Notes under the pieces: generated by a model
Database searches by the model: none
The model's input: the letters and a program-made list of their open reading frames with translations, nothing else
Told to the model about the DNA's origin: nothing
Origin: an uncultured Spirochaetaceae bacterium
GTDB taxonomy: Bacteria > Spirochaetota > Spirochaetia > SZUA-6 > RPPD01
DNA length: 64,000 bases
Assembly: GCA_964634205.1 (NCBI GenBank)
Contig: CAZWKE010000004.1
Location: 26,663 to 90,662 of the forward strand
Direction: 5' to 3'
In this document: positions 27,772-37,615 of the stretch, in pieces
How the letters are laid out: each line of letters starts with the position of its first letter
Numbering within the stretch: the stretch's first letter is position 1
Position numbers and translations under genes: made by a program

Positions 27772-28776
27772 TTAAAGCATATCCCCCAGAACGGCATGCG
27801 CCTCTTTAAGATGTGCCTTGGCCGCCTGGTGCCATTTATACCAGTGCGATTCGCTAAATCCGGGCCGCGGCCGCAGCACGGGTTTTTCCATGACCTTGGT
27901 TTTATACAGTAATTGATCGCGCAGCCAGGAGAACTTGTCGTAATTCTTGAATGAGTCTTCCAGCATGGACTCATTCTCGTTATAGAAGGTAGCCTGCCTG
28001 ATCCATTCGTATTTGTTGTATTCCAGCAGGTATTCGTCAACGATATAATTAAGAATCCGTTCCTTCATCCGCTCATTGCGTTCATCAAAAGGCCCGATCA
28101 GCTGCTTTAAGCGTGCGCGCAGCCACTCCCAGCCGTCGGCGGACTTCCCGCTTAAGGCGCACAGGTGAGTATAAATATGCTGTGCCGCCTTTAAAAAGCG
28201 CTGCTCATTATCGATGTACCGGTATTCACCGTCGATCCGGGGATCGATCCATTTTCCCGTGATAATATCCGGTTGACTGATGGCCTCGGCGTGCCCCACC
28301 TTGGGGATCAGGGCCTCGGCACCCGTGCCGTCAACACTCAGGCTGTTCCATTCCTCGTTCATTCCGCTGAAGTTCTGGTGGGCCCATGAGTCCGCGTAGG
28401 TATGCAGGGCAATCCCGATGCGATACAGGTTTTTGCTGGCCATGGCCCGCTGCAGTAGCCGGGTTACCGGCGCGGAACCCGGTGTACAATTATAGGGATT
28501 GGTTTTCTTGTCTTTTCTTTTACAGCCCGGGTAGGTGGTGTCTCCGGGGAAGAAATGGAAGGGAATATAAACGTGTTTGGGGAACCAGTCACCCCACCAG
28601 CCGTAGTTCTGGGTGGCGATGGTTTCGTATACCAGGCCGTCATCCTTTACCACATGGGCTACCAGGTTGTTGTCCACGTACTGGGAGGAGTAGGAGATGG
28701 TGATGCAGTCCTGCTCATCCAACCCCGCGTCCTTACAGAGCACATACAGGATGTAATAATGGAACTCAATATTCAT
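27772..28776 (-). CDS. Hypothetical protein with an H-x3-D-x3-H motif (possible zinc-dependent phospholipase C / P1-nuclease-like fold)
   Basis: 334 aa, no signal peptide. Motif ALHTYADSWAHQNFSG and a Trp-rich N-terminus. Family assignment is tentative. Confidence 0.45.
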   Translation of the reverse strand: MNIEFHYYILYVLCKDAGLDEQDCITISYSSQYVDNNLVAHVVKDDGLVYETIATQNYGWWGDWFPKHVYIPFHFFPGDTTYPGCKRKDKKTNPYNCTPGSAPVTRLLQRAMASKNLYRIGIALHTYADSWAHQNFSGMNEEWNSLSVDGTGAEALIPKVGHAEAISQPDIITGKWIDPRIDGEYRYIDNEQRFLKAAQHIYTHLCALSGKSADGWEWLRARLKQLIGPFDERNERMKERILNYIVDEYLLEYNKYEWIRQATFYNENESMLEDSFKNYDKFSWLRDQLLYKTKVMEKPVLRPRPGFSESHWYKWHQAAKAHLKEAHAVLGDML

Positions 28777-28816
28777 ATTAATAATGTATTCAGTCCCGCT
28801 ACGATAATCAATCCAA

Positions 28817-30379
28817 TTATCCCACCAGCCTGGTGATCATCTGGCTGAAGCCGATGATGGCGCCGAGCAGCGCGCCGAAGACGTTTATCCACTTCAACTG
28901 GCGGGCAATGACCATTAAAAGCAGCCCTTCCACATCGGCAACGTCGAGCTCATTGATTTTATTTTCCACCAACTCCCGGATATTGAGACCTTGAATCATC
29001 TCCGGCACTTTTGCCTGCAGCATGGAATTAATGGTATTGACCAGGTATTCGTCTATTTCCTTCCGGCGTGTATTGTCTATGCCCACAAACTCTCCCAGGG
29101 TGACATCGGGCTTGTCATCCGCAAAACCGAACAGCAGGGAACCGATTTTTTCCGCCGTATTCCCGGCAAACTCGCGTCTTTCTATTATGCGCAGAAAAAA
29201 ATCCACGATTTTCTCCGGAGTAAGCCCCAGATAATCACCGGTAAGCTCACCCAGGGTAAGGGAACCGTTTTTTTCCAGAAAATCTTTGATCCTGCCGTAC
29301 AGTTTTTTTTCCGCGTCCTGTTTACGCAGGTATTCCCAGATTTTTTTTACCAGGGACCCGGCCTTGGCGGATAGTTCCTCCGGACTCTGTTTAAACAATG
29401 ATCCTATCTCTTTTTTCCTCCAGTTTAAAATGGCCTTTTTCACCACGGTTACCACCTGGGCCTGCTGTTGTTCATCATTCAGCAGTTCTTCAAAATATTT
29501 CAGTACCTCTTCAACAATCTCGGGCATTTTTTCCTGGATGGTCACATCATACTGGGCCACGGAAACAATAAAGCGCTGGAATATATTGAGTTTTTCCAGG
29601 ATGTTGCTGACCAGACGTTTACCCCTGGTTTCAAGCTCCCTTCTGATATGGGCCCGGCGCAGCCAGGCGATCAGTGAGCCGCTTAAGGAGGGCAGGGCCG
29701 ATTGGAAAAGCCGGGTGATGATCTCAACGAGCTCTTCGGGAATCACCGCGGCAAGGGTTTTCTTTTGCCCGGTCAAAGTGCCGAGCCAGGTCTGAACTCT
29801 TTTTATCAGCCGGTCCCTGGCGTCATCCCCGGCGAGAAACGAGTGCAGTTTCTCGGACAGGTACCGCTCCAGGTTCAATTCATTCACAAGCGCAGTAAGT
29901 TGTTTTTCCGCCAGTCCGGAAAAAAGGTGTGTCAGCAATTTATTTGCAATCGTATAAAAGCTGTCGGAGCTTAAGAATGTCCTCAGGGTCCCTACAATGA
30001 ACTCCTCAAAACGGCCTCCGATCACCGGAACGGTACTTTGTTTCAGGGCGGACAGCGGGGTGTCAAGCAGGGTGCCGGTGGCGTCCGCCACGGTCTTCTC
30101 CAGGGTCTGCTGGAACTGAAGCGAACCGAGCTGCTTCTTTACCGCGTCTTTGGTAATCAGCTGTTCGGAAACCATACGGCCGATACTTTCCGCGAGTTTG
30201 TAGCGTTGGCGGGGAATGATACCGGGGGTAAAGGGGATCCGTATGCCCAGAATCCGTTTTTCGGTCAGGGGCCGAAAGAGCATTTTTATGGCGATGGCAT
30301 TGGTAATATAGCCGATAGCAGCCCCGACAATCGGGGGGAGCAGCCAGGGGATGAGAGAAAGCAGGGTCTGGGTCGTCAT
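28817..30379 (-). CDS. DUF445-family membrane protein
   Basis: Start set at MTTQTLLSLIPWLLPPIVGAAIGYITNAIAIKMLFRP (DUF445 N-terminal signature). C-terminal TM helix. Confidence 0.65.
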   Translation of the reverse strand: MTTQTLLSLIPWLLPPIVGAAIGYITNAIAIKMLFRPLTEKRILGIRIPFTPGIIPRQRYKLAESIGRMVSEQLITKDAVKKQLGSLQFQQTLEKTVADATGTLLDTPLSALKQSTVPVIGGRFEEFIVGTLRTFLSSDSFYTIANKLLTHLFSGLAEKQLTALVNELNLERYLSEKLHSFLAGDDARDRLIKRVQTWLGTLTGQKKTLAAVIPEELVEIITRLFQSALPSLSGSLIAWLRRAHIRRELETRGKRLVSNILEKLNIFQRFIVSVAQYDVTIQEKMPEIVEEVLKYFEELLNDEQQQAQVVTVVKKAILNWRKKEIGSLFKQSPEELSAKAGSLVKKIWEYLRKQDAEKKLYGRIKDFLEKNGSLTLGELTGDYLGLTPEKIVDFFLRIIERREFAGNTAEKIGSLLFGFADDKPDVTLGEFVGIDNTRRKEIDEYLVNTINSMLQAKVPEMIQGLNIRELVENKINELDVADVEGLLLMVIARQLKWINVFGALLGAIIGFSQMITRLVG

Positions 30380-30762
30380 CGCAGCTCTTCGGCGTAGTCG
30401 AGGGCCTCGGATTCGGAGTTGAAAAATACCAGGTCCCGGCCTACCACCCAACCCCTTATTCCCTTTACTTCAATCTCGTACCAGGTGTTGTTCTGTTCGG
30501 TTGATTCATCTTTGGGTTCGGTCTGTGACAGAATCCTCACCACCGCGCCCATGCCGGTTGAACCGAGCATCTCCGCATCCTTTATGGGTCTGGCCCTGAT
30601 CCGCAGGTAATCGATCTTGATTACCGCCCATTTGGAATATGAGGAGATGATGGGAGTGGTGGGGAGGGCAATCCGTCCGGCCTTTTTATCCTGGCCACAG
30701 CAAAAAAACAGTGTCGTAAGCAGCATGAGTGTCGATAACATAAATAATAAGCGTCCGGGCAT
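30376..30762 (-). CDS. Small exported protein with SH3b-like domain
   Basis: Start at MPGRLLFMLSTLMLLTTLFFCCGQ (signal/lipobox-like). C-terminal WAVIKIDYLRIRARP…WYEIEVKGIRGWVVGRDL resembles a bacterial SH3 domain. Confidence 0.5.
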   Translation of the reverse strand: MPGRLLFMLSTLMLLTTLFFCCGQDKKAGRIALPTTPIISSYSKWAVIKIDYLRIRARPIKDAEMLGSTGMGAVVRILSQTEPKDESTEQNNTWYEIEVKGIRGWVVGRDLVFFNSESEALDYAEELR

Positions 30763-30834
30763 TGTAACCTTTCCGATTCCGGTAATACTCTCCGTTATAG
30801 TATTAAAAAATAGCACATTTGTCCATTATTGATA

Positions 30835-32823
30835 TTATTGAAACATTTCCTTGACCCGCGTAATTTCATCACGAATCACGGCCGCCCTTTCGAACTCAAG
30901 GTCCTTGGCCAGCTGCAGCATCTCGTTTTCCAAAATCTTTAAGTACGCGTTTCTCTGTTTGGGAACGAGCACATTATAGTTGTTTTTAATCAGATCCAAA
31001 GTAAACTTTTCGGACTCCTGTTTTTCCTGCTGCTTGCGCACAAGGATGTCCTGGATGGCCTTGCTGATGGTTTTCGGGGTAATGCCGTGGATCTTGTTGT
31101 ACTCGGCCTGAATCTGCCGGCGGCGGTTGGTTTCATCCAGTGCCTCGCGCATGGCCGTACTGACGCGGTCGGCGTACATAATCACCTTGCCGTTTACATT
31201 CCGCGCGGCCCTCCCGATGATCTGGATCAGGGAGGTGGTGGAACGCAGGAACCCGATTTTGTCCGCGTCCAGAATGGCGATAAACGATACCTCGGGCAGG
31301 TCAAGCCCCTCGCGCAGCAGGTTGATACCGACCAGCACGTCACACTCACCCGTGCGCAGAGATTTGAGGATCTCCACCCGCTCGATCGTCTCTATCTCCG
31401 AATGCAGGTAGCGTACTTTCAGGCCGAGCTCCAGCAGATAATCGGTGAGGTCCTCCGCCATTTTTTTGGTGAGGGTGGTGATCAGACTTCTTTCACCATT
31501 GGTTATCCGCCGGGTCACCTCACTGAAGATGTCCTCGAGCTGCCCTTTGGAGGGACGGATTTCAACCTCGGGGTCCAACAGCCCGGTCGGCCGGATAAGC
31601 TGTTCCACCACTTGTGAGGATTTTTCCAGTTCATATTTCTGGGGGGTGGCGGTAACAAAGATACTCCGGCACATCAGGTCCTCAAACTCCTTATAATACA
31701 GGGGCCGGTTGTCCAGGGCCGAGGGCAGCCTGAACCCGTAATCCACCAGCGACTGCTTGCGCGAACGATCGCCCTCATACATCCCCCCGATCTGGGGAAC
31801 GGTCACATGCGCTTCATCAATGAAGGTCAGGAACGGGTCGGGAAAGAAATCGATCAGTACGGCCGGGCGTTCCCCCGCTTCTCTCCCGCTTAAATGACGG
31901 GAGTAGTTTTCTATGCCCGCGCAGTAGCCCATCTCCTGCAGCATCTCCAAATCGTATTCGGTCCGTGTTTTCAGGCGTTCGGCTTCCAGCAGCTTGCCCG
32001 CGTCATGAAGCTCCCGGTAGCGCTGCTTCAGCTCCTCGGTTATTTGTGCAATAGCCCGTTTTACCCGCTCTTCCGGCATAACAAAGTATTTGGCCGGGTA
32101 GATGATACAGGAATCGAGTTCTTCCAGGGTCTCGCCTGACAGCGGATTAATTGAACGGATGCGTTCCACCTCATTCCCGAAAAACTCGAGACGCAGGGCG
32201 TTTTTGGAATAAGAAAGAAATACCTCTATGACATCGCCGCGGACCCTGAAGTTCCCCCGCTCCAGCACGGCGTCGTTCCGCTCATACTGCAGGGAGATGA
32301 GTTTTTTCAAAATTTCGCGGTAGTTGTAATGTGAACCGCGGGAGAGCTCGATGCGCATGTTGCGATAGTCACTGGGATTGCCGATCCCGTAAATACAGGA
32401 AACCGAGGCCACAACAATGACGTCTTTACGGCTTAAAAGCGAGGTGGTGGCCGCCAGCCGCATGCGGTCGATCTCCTGGTTTATGGAAGAGTCCTTTTCG
32501 ATATACAGGTCCTGTTTGGCCACGTATGCTTCGGGTTGATAATAATCATAGTACGAGACAAAGTATTCCACGGCGTTGTTGGGAAAAAATCCGCTGAACT
32601 CCCGGTACAGCTGCGCCGCCAGGGTTTTGTTATGCGATATTATCAGCGTGGGCAGCTGCACCTGTTCGATGATCTTGGCCATGGTGTAGGTTTTGCCCGA
32701 GCCGGTTACGCCTTTCAGGGTTTGAAAAGTCAACTTGTCCGTCACCCCCCTGCTTAAGGCGCGGATCGCCTGCTCCTGGTCTCCGGCCGGTGAAAATGAC
32801 GATACTACTTGGAAACGAATCAT
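30835..32823 (-). CDS. uvrB: Excinuclease ABC subunit B
   Basis: 662 aa. Walker A GVTGSGKT, UvrB beta-hairpin region (YYDYYQPEAY), helicase motifs and a C-terminal UVR domain (…EFERAAVIRDEI…). Confidence 0.95.
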   Translation of the reverse strand: MIRFQVVSSFSPAGDQEQAIRALSRGVTDKLTFQTLKGVTGSGKTYTMAKIIEQVQLPTLIISHNKTLAAQLYREFSGFFPNNAVEYFVSYYDYYQPEAYVAKQDLYIEKDSSINQEIDRMRLAATTSLLSRKDVIVVASVSCIYGIGNPSDYRNMRIELSRGSHYNYREILKKLISLQYERNDAVLERGNFRVRGDVIEVFLSYSKNALRLEFFGNEVERIRSINPLSGETLEELDSCIIYPAKYFVMPEERVKRAIAQITEELKQRYRELHDAGKLLEAERLKTRTEYDLEMLQEMGYCAGIENYSRHLSGREAGERPAVLIDFFPDPFLTFIDEAHVTVPQIGGMYEGDRSRKQSLVDYGFRLPSALDNRPLYYKEFEDLMCRSIFVTATPQKYELEKSSQVVEQLIRPTGLLDPEVEIRPSKGQLEDIFSEVTRRITNGERSLITTLTKKMAEDLTDYLLELGLKVRYLHSEIETIERVEILKSLRTGECDVLVGINLLREGLDLPEVSFIAILDADKIGFLRSTTSLIQIIGRAARNVNGKVIMYADRVSTAMREALDETNRRRQIQAEYNKIHGITPKTISKAIQDILVRKQQEKQESEKFTLDLIKNNYNVLVPKQRNAYLKILENEMLQLAKDLEFERAAVIRDEITRVKEMFQ

Positions 32824-32854
32824 TTTACTCCTTAAGGGTATTCTAAATTATTTA

Positions 32855-34066
32855 TCAGGATTGGGAAACCAGTTGTACCGAAAAGACCATGAGACCGCCG
32901 TTCCTGTTGACCTTCACGTTGACAATCTCCCCGGGCTTGTTGTCTTCCAACGCCGCGTACAGGTCCGCCAGTGAGGTAACCCTGTCGTTATCAACCTCGA
33001 TAATAATATCACCACCGAGGTAGATGACGTTTCTGCGGTAACGCACGGCTTTGTTCTTGTCTCCCCCCCTTAGTCCGGCGCGTTCGGCCATTCCCCCCGG
33101 TGTGACCTCGGAAATAAGAATCCCTTCCTTTACAGGAAGTTTGGCATAGTCCACCAGGGCGGGGAACAGCTGCACCGGTACGATATCAAGGACACCCCGA
33201 CTCACCTTTCCGTGTTGGATGAGCTCAGGGATGACCCGCCTGGCAATATCGATGGGGACCGCAAAGCCGATTCCTACCGATCCCCCGGACGGGGTATAAA
33301 TGATCGTGTTGATACCGATCATCTGTCCTTTGGAATTAAGCAGGGGACCGCCCGAGTTGCCCGGGTTTATGGAGGCATCCGTCTGAATCATCTCCCGTAC
33401 CACATAACTGGAGCTGAGTTTGATCGGCCTGCCCAGGCCGGAGACAATACCGGTGGTCAGCGTACGTTCCAGACCGAAGGGGTTCCCGATGGCCAGGACC
33501 TTCTGGCCCACCAGAAGATCGGCCGAGGTGCCCAAGGGAATGGGGGTAAGATGTTTACCTCGCGGATCGAATTTGATGATCGCCAGATCGTTCTCCGGAT
33601 CAATCCCGACAACGGTGCCTTTGTGTTCCGTGCCGTCGGCCAGGGTGATATACAGTTTTTCCGCGTCCTTTACCACATGGTAATTGGTTAGGATATGGCC
33701 CTGTTGATCGAGGATGGACCCCGAACCCGTGCCTTCCTGGGGCACCGGCTCAAGAAAATAGTTGTATCCGTATGTCACGGAGGTGATGTTTACCACGCCT
33801 TGGTTTAACAGCTTATAAATCTGGATGTTTTCTTTTTCATCCTGGGAAACGTCCGCAATGTCGAGAAGGGTGTTCCCCGTGGATTGGGCAAGCGGATTGG
33901 CGTCCGTCCGGTCATTTATCAGTCCGTTTGCCTCCTGACCCGCGGCCCGGTTGTCCGTGCCGGCAAAGGGCAGGCGGATGAAACCGAAGAGGATCCCCAG
34001 TAAAATAAATCCCGCCAGACTTATACCCGCGGTAATGGCCAGGTGTTTTCTGCTGTAGAGTTTCAT
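32855..34066 (-). CDS. htrA: HtrA/DegP-family serine protease with PDZ domain
   Basis: 403 aa. N-terminal TM/signal. Catalytic triad contexts (TNYHVV, DLAIIK, GNSGGPL). C-terminal PDZ. Confidence 0.85.
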   Translation of the reverse strand: MKLYSRKHLAITAGISLAGFILLGILFGFIRLPFAGTDNRAAGQEANGLINDRTDANPLAQSTGNTLLDIADVSQDEKENIQIYKLLNQGVVNITSVTYGYNYFLEPVPQEGTGSGSILDQQGHILTNYHVVKDAEKLYITLADGTEHKGTVVGIDPENDLAIIKFDPRGKHLTPIPLGTSADLLVGQKVLAIGNPFGLERTLTTGIVSGLGRPIKLSSSYVVREMIQTDASINPGNSGGPLLNSKGQMIGINTIIYTPSGGSVGIGFAVPIDIARRVIPELIQHGKVSRGVLDIVPVQLFPALVDYAKLPVKEGILISEVTPGGMAERAGLRGGDKNKAVRYRRNVIYLGGDIIIEVDNDRVTSLADLYAALEDNKPGEIVNVKVNRNGGLMVFSVQLVSQS

Positions 34067-34140
34067 GTGTATACTCCCGCTGTTTGTATAGAATGAATAT
34101 ACTAAGAAGCGGTTTTTATTTCCACTAGTAATCGGTTTTC

Positions 34141-34167
34141 GACGGTGATTTTATAAAAATCACCGTC
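34141..34167 (+). promoter_or_regulatory. Perfect 12-bp inverted repeat with 3-nt spacer (GACGGTGATTTT-ATA-AAAATCACCGTC) in the divergent htrA / secreted-protein intergenic region
   Basis: Read directly. Candidate dimeric-regulator operator. Not a terminator context, because both flanking genes diverge from it. Confidence 0.4.
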
Positions 34168-34368
34168 CATACCATTCCGATCAGACCGATTATGCCGCCG
34201 ATCGGAAACGCCGGTGGGATAGCATATATTTTTAAAATCCGTGATTACGCACATGGCCGGCATCTCCCCGGATTAAAGACAGTAATAAAAAACGGCTTGA
34301 TTCACGGGTACGCTTGACAGTGCGTTCGGGCACGGCATATGATGAAAAAAAGTATTGAGGAGGAAAAA

Positions 34369-34878
34369 ATGAAAGTAATAATTGGACTGCTTCAGCTTGT
34401 ACTCTTTGCGGCCGTTTTTATCGCCCTCGGGGGAAGCGCGCTGCCCGCCGGGGGTTCGCCCGCGAACGTGGGAGTCAATGCGGCCGGGATTTCCGCACAG
34501 AGTACACTGCCCTGTGAATGGCAGGGCGACGTGTCAAAGCTTCCGGTCATCGGCACATGGATAAACAAGGATTATAATAACGACGGACGGTCGGGAATGG
34601 TGGAATATATCGCCGACTCCGACGGCACGATCAGTTATCGCGCGTGTGATAACGCCGATGGTTCGGGCAATGTCTATAAGGGGAAGGTGAGTTACCGTAA
34701 GCGTTGGACCGATGAGCAGGGCAGGCAGTGCGGTAGATGCACGGTGACCCTTGATTTCGGTATGTCATGGGAAACCCTGGACCGGGTGAGCAAAGACGGA
34801 AAAACACTTGAGGTGCAGTCCGGCGTAAAAACCATCGATCCGAAAGGCCCCCGGTATTCGATTTATTATCGAAAATAA
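34369..34878 (+). CDS. Hypothetical secreted protein
   Basis: Start at MKVIIGLLQLVLFAAVFIALG (signal peptide). ~170 aa, Cys-containing. No family recognised. Confidence 0.5.
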   Translation: MKVIIGLLQLVLFAAVFIALGGSALPAGGSPANVGVNAAGISAQSTLPCEWQGDVSKLPVIGTWINKDYNNDGRSGMVEYIADSDGTISYRACDNADGSGNVYKGKVSYRKRWTDEQGRQCGRCTVTLDFGMSWETLDRVSKDGKTLEVQSGVKTIDPKGPRYSIYYRK

Positions 34879-34918
34879 ACCGGGCGGTCGCGCCGATCAT
34901 GACGGCCGGACGCGTTCA

Positions 34919-36475
34919 TTATCCGCATTCCCAGAAGAAGTTATCATCACCGTAACGCCGGTGCTGGACCGCCTCCAGGACATGTTCCTTGCCGATGGTA
35001 TCCTTTTCTTCAAAATCCGCGATGGTGCGGGCTATCTTTACAATCGAGTGATAGGCCCGTGAAGACAGGCCGAGTTTGTCTACGGCTTTGCTTAACAGGG
35101 CGGCACTGTTGTCGTTCAAGGAACAAAACCGGTCTATAAGCCCCGGCGGAATTTGCGAGTTCCGGGAAAACCCGCAGCCGGCAAAACGTTCGCGCTGCAG
35201 GACGATAACGCGTTCCACCCGTGATTTTATCTGCTTACTGGTTTCCTTCTCCCTGCCCGCGATTTGCATGCCGGTTACCGGTTTTACCGGGATGCGGATA
35301 TCGATCCTGTCCAGGAGCGCGCCCCCGATTTTTTTCCAGTAACGGGACACCTCGCGCATCCCGCAGAGGCATACCTTGTCCTGCCTGCCGAGGTTGCCGC
35401 ACGCACAGGGATTGCAGGCCAATACAAGCTGAAAGGATGACGGGAACCAGACACTGAAACCGGCCCTGGCGATTATGACCTTTTCCTGTTCAATCGGTTC
35501 GCGCAGGCCCTGCAGAATATTCTTTTTAAACTCCGGGGCCTCATCCAGAAACAGTATACCGTGATGCGCCAGTGATACCTCTCCGGGTTTTAATAATTTT
35601 CCACCGCCCAGTATCCCTTCATTGGAGGCGCTGTGGTGGGGCATGCGCAGGGGCGTGTAGCTGATGAGGTCTGACTGGGGGGGAAGAAGCCCCGCTACCG
35701 AATGAATACGTGTAACCTCAACGGACTCTTGCCTGGAGAGCGCGGGAATAATGGTGGAAAGCCTCCTGGCACTCATGGTTTTTCCGCTTCCGGGCGGACC
35801 GAACATCAACAGGTGATGCCTGCCCGCCGCGGCGATTTCCAGGGCGCGTTTGAGCACCCACTGCCCCTTGATATCACAAAAGTCGCCGAGTTCGGCGGGG
35901 TCATAGAGCCGGGGAAGAGCCGGGGGGGAGTGGGGCGCCGCGGGTATGCCGGGTTCCGCTGTACGGGGATTCGCAAGAATGGCTGCGGCCGCACGCAAAT
36001 CCTGGATTGCGTAAACCGTTCCCTTTCCCAGTACTTTGGCTTCACGAAGATTGTGATGCGGTACAAAAAAACAGCGGAAGCCCTCTTTAAGACCGGTCAC
36101 CACTGCGGAAAGCACTCCACGGACCGGTTTTACCTTGCCCGCCAGGTTCAATTCACCGATGATGAGGATTTTCCCTTTGAATTGAAACCTTATCTGTGAC
36201 GAAGCCGCAAGAATACCCAGGGCGATGGGGAGATCGAAACTTGCGCCTTCCTTTTTTATATCCGCCGGGGCAAGATTCACCAGAATTCTGTCCGCCGGAA
36301 AGCGAAAACCGCTGTTTCTGATGGCCACCCTGACCCGTTCTTTGGCCTCTCTGACCGCACTGTCCGGCAGGCCGACAATATCGATACCGGGAAGGCCCCG
36401 CCGGATATCTATTTCAACCGAAACAATTCTGCCCTCAATTCCAAGGGGGGTAAAGCTGGAAACTTCAGCGAACAT
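34919..36475 (-). CDS. comM: YifB/ComM-family Mg-chelatase-like AAA+ ATPase
   Basis: 518 aa. N-terminal Lon-protease-like domain (…GLPGIDIVGLPD…). Walker A GPPGSGKT, Walker B ILFLDE. C-terminal Mg-chelatase subunit ChlI region. Confidence 0.9.
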   Translation of the reverse strand: MFAEVSSFTPLGIEGRIVSVEIDIRRGLPGIDIVGLPDSAVREAKERVRVAIRNSGFRFPADRILVNLAPADIKKEGASFDLPIALGILAASSQIRFQFKGKILIIGELNLAGKVKPVRGVLSAVVTGLKEGFRCFFVPHHNLREAKVLGKGTVYAIQDLRAAAAILANPRTAEPGIPAAPHSPPALPRLYDPAELGDFCDIKGQWVLKRALEIAAAGRHHLLMFGPPGSGKTMSARRLSTIIPALSRQESVEVTRIHSVAGLLPPQSDLISYTPLRMPHHSASNEGILGGGKLLKPGEVSLAHHGILFLDEAPEFKKNILQGLREPIEQEKVIIARAGFSVWFPSSFQLVLACNPCACGNLGRQDKVCLCGMREVSRYWKKIGGALLDRIDIRIPVKPVTGMQIAGREKETSKQIKSRVERVIVLQRERFAGCGFSRNSQIPPGLIDRFCSLNDNSAALLSKAVDKLGLSSRAYHSIVKIARTIADFEEKDTIGKEHVLEAVQHRRYGDDNFFWECG

Positions 36476-36559
36476 ATTCTCTCCTTATCTAATAGTACGC
36501 GGAAATTGTGCGGATTGATTTTTGGGGGAGGCAAAAAAGTAGGGATTTTATCGGCTTCG

Positions 36560-36589
36560 GCGATTCTAAATGTTTACATTTAGAATCGC
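36560..36589 (+). promoter_or_regulatory. Perfect 14-bp inverted repeat with 2-nt loop (GCGATTCTAAATGT-TT-ACATTTAGAATCGC) in the divergent comM / TM2-protein intergenic region
   Basis: Read directly. Followed ~10 nt later by GCGGTTTTTTGATTTTTT. Candidate operator or RNA hairpin. Confidence 0.4.
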
Positions 36590-36653
36590 TGTATCGGCTT
36601 GCGGTTTTTTGATTTTTTACATACAATAGTGCTGATGATTAAGGGGGCGGTGG

Positions 36654-37139
36654 TTGTATACCTTGGATAAAACCTATTTAATGTGGGCCCTTTCTTTTTT
36701 CTTTCCCGGCCTGCACCGTTTCTATCTTGGGAAAATAGGCAGCGGACTGCTGTACCTGTTTACCGGGGGGATGTTTTTTTTCGGTACTATTGTGGATTTT
36801 TTCAAACTGCCGCAGATGGTACGGGAAGCAAACCTGAAATATGAATACCGTAAGGCGCTTAATTCGGGGGCGGTGAACTTTTCCCCGCGCCGCGGCGTAA
36901 AGCCGAAGGAAACCATTGAAAAAGTGATTTTGAAGACCGCCAAAAAAAATATGGGGCTGGCCACCCCCAGTCAGGTGGCCCTGGAAGGCGATATTCCTAT
37001 TCAGGAAGCCAAGGATTATCTGGAGAAACTGGTAACCAAAGGTTTTGCTGAAATGAAGGTCAGAAAATCGGGCACGATCGTCTATTACTTCCCCGATCTT
37101 GCCGAACCGGCCGCAGACCATGATTTTGAGGATTTTTAA
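36654..37139 (+). CDS. TM2-domain membrane protein with C-terminal soluble domain
   Basis: 161 aa. N-terminal KTYLMWALSFFFPGLHRFYLGKIGSGLLYLFTGG is typical of the TM2 domain. Confidence 0.65.
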   Translation: MYTLDKTYLMWALSFFFPGLHRFYLGKIGSGLLYLFTGGMFFFGTIVDFFKLPQMVREANLKYEYRKALNSGAVNFSPRRGVKPKETIEKVILKTAKKNMGLATPSQVALEGDIPIQEAKDYLEKLVTKGFAEMKVRKSGTIVYYFPDLAEPAADHDFEDF

Positions 37140-37214
37140 GGAATGAGCGGTCCCGGTTTTTTCCATCATTCATATACGGCTTCTCCGAAGGGGCAGCCTG
37201 TCCGCTTGCGGCAG

Positions 37215-37484
37215 TCAACTGAAACGGTAATGCTTGCGCACAGCCTTCTTTATATCCCAAACGCAATCCAGTCCCTGCCGAAAAGTGACAAAATCCCCGG
37301 GCTTAATGGAATAGGTTTTCCCTTCGGCCAGAACCTCAATCTCTCCTTCAAGGATATAACACTCTTCCGTTGAGTCATAATGCCAATCAAACCGTGAGAC
37401 CTCCTTGGTCCAGACGGGCCAGCTTTTTATACCGCGAGATTCAACCTCTTCCGTCCCCGGTTTTTCAATAGTAACAGCTGCCAT
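37215..37484 (-). CDS. Small cupin-fold protein (cupin_3/DUF861-like)
   Basis: 89 aa. …WHYDSTEECYILEGEIEV…GDFVTFRQGLDCVWDI… is the cupin beta-barrel signature. Confidence 0.6.
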   Translation of the reverse strand: MAAVTIEKPGTEEVESRGIKSWPVWTKEVSRFDWHYDSTEECYILEGEIEVLAEGKTYSIKPGDFVTFRQGLDCVWDIKKAVRKHYRFS

Positions 37485-37615
37485 ATGTTCCTCCTTTTAT
37501 ATAAAACCACAGGTTGTCCGGTATGGTCAAGCATCCCTGTGAGAATGAACGCTTCTTGCAAATAATAGGATATGAATATATAATAATCAAAAAGACTTTA
37601 GAAAAAGGCAGGAAG

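Noticed and set aside
31087-31617. 176-aa plus-strand ORF inside uvrB
   Set aside because: Antisense to a near-perfect UvrB sequence.
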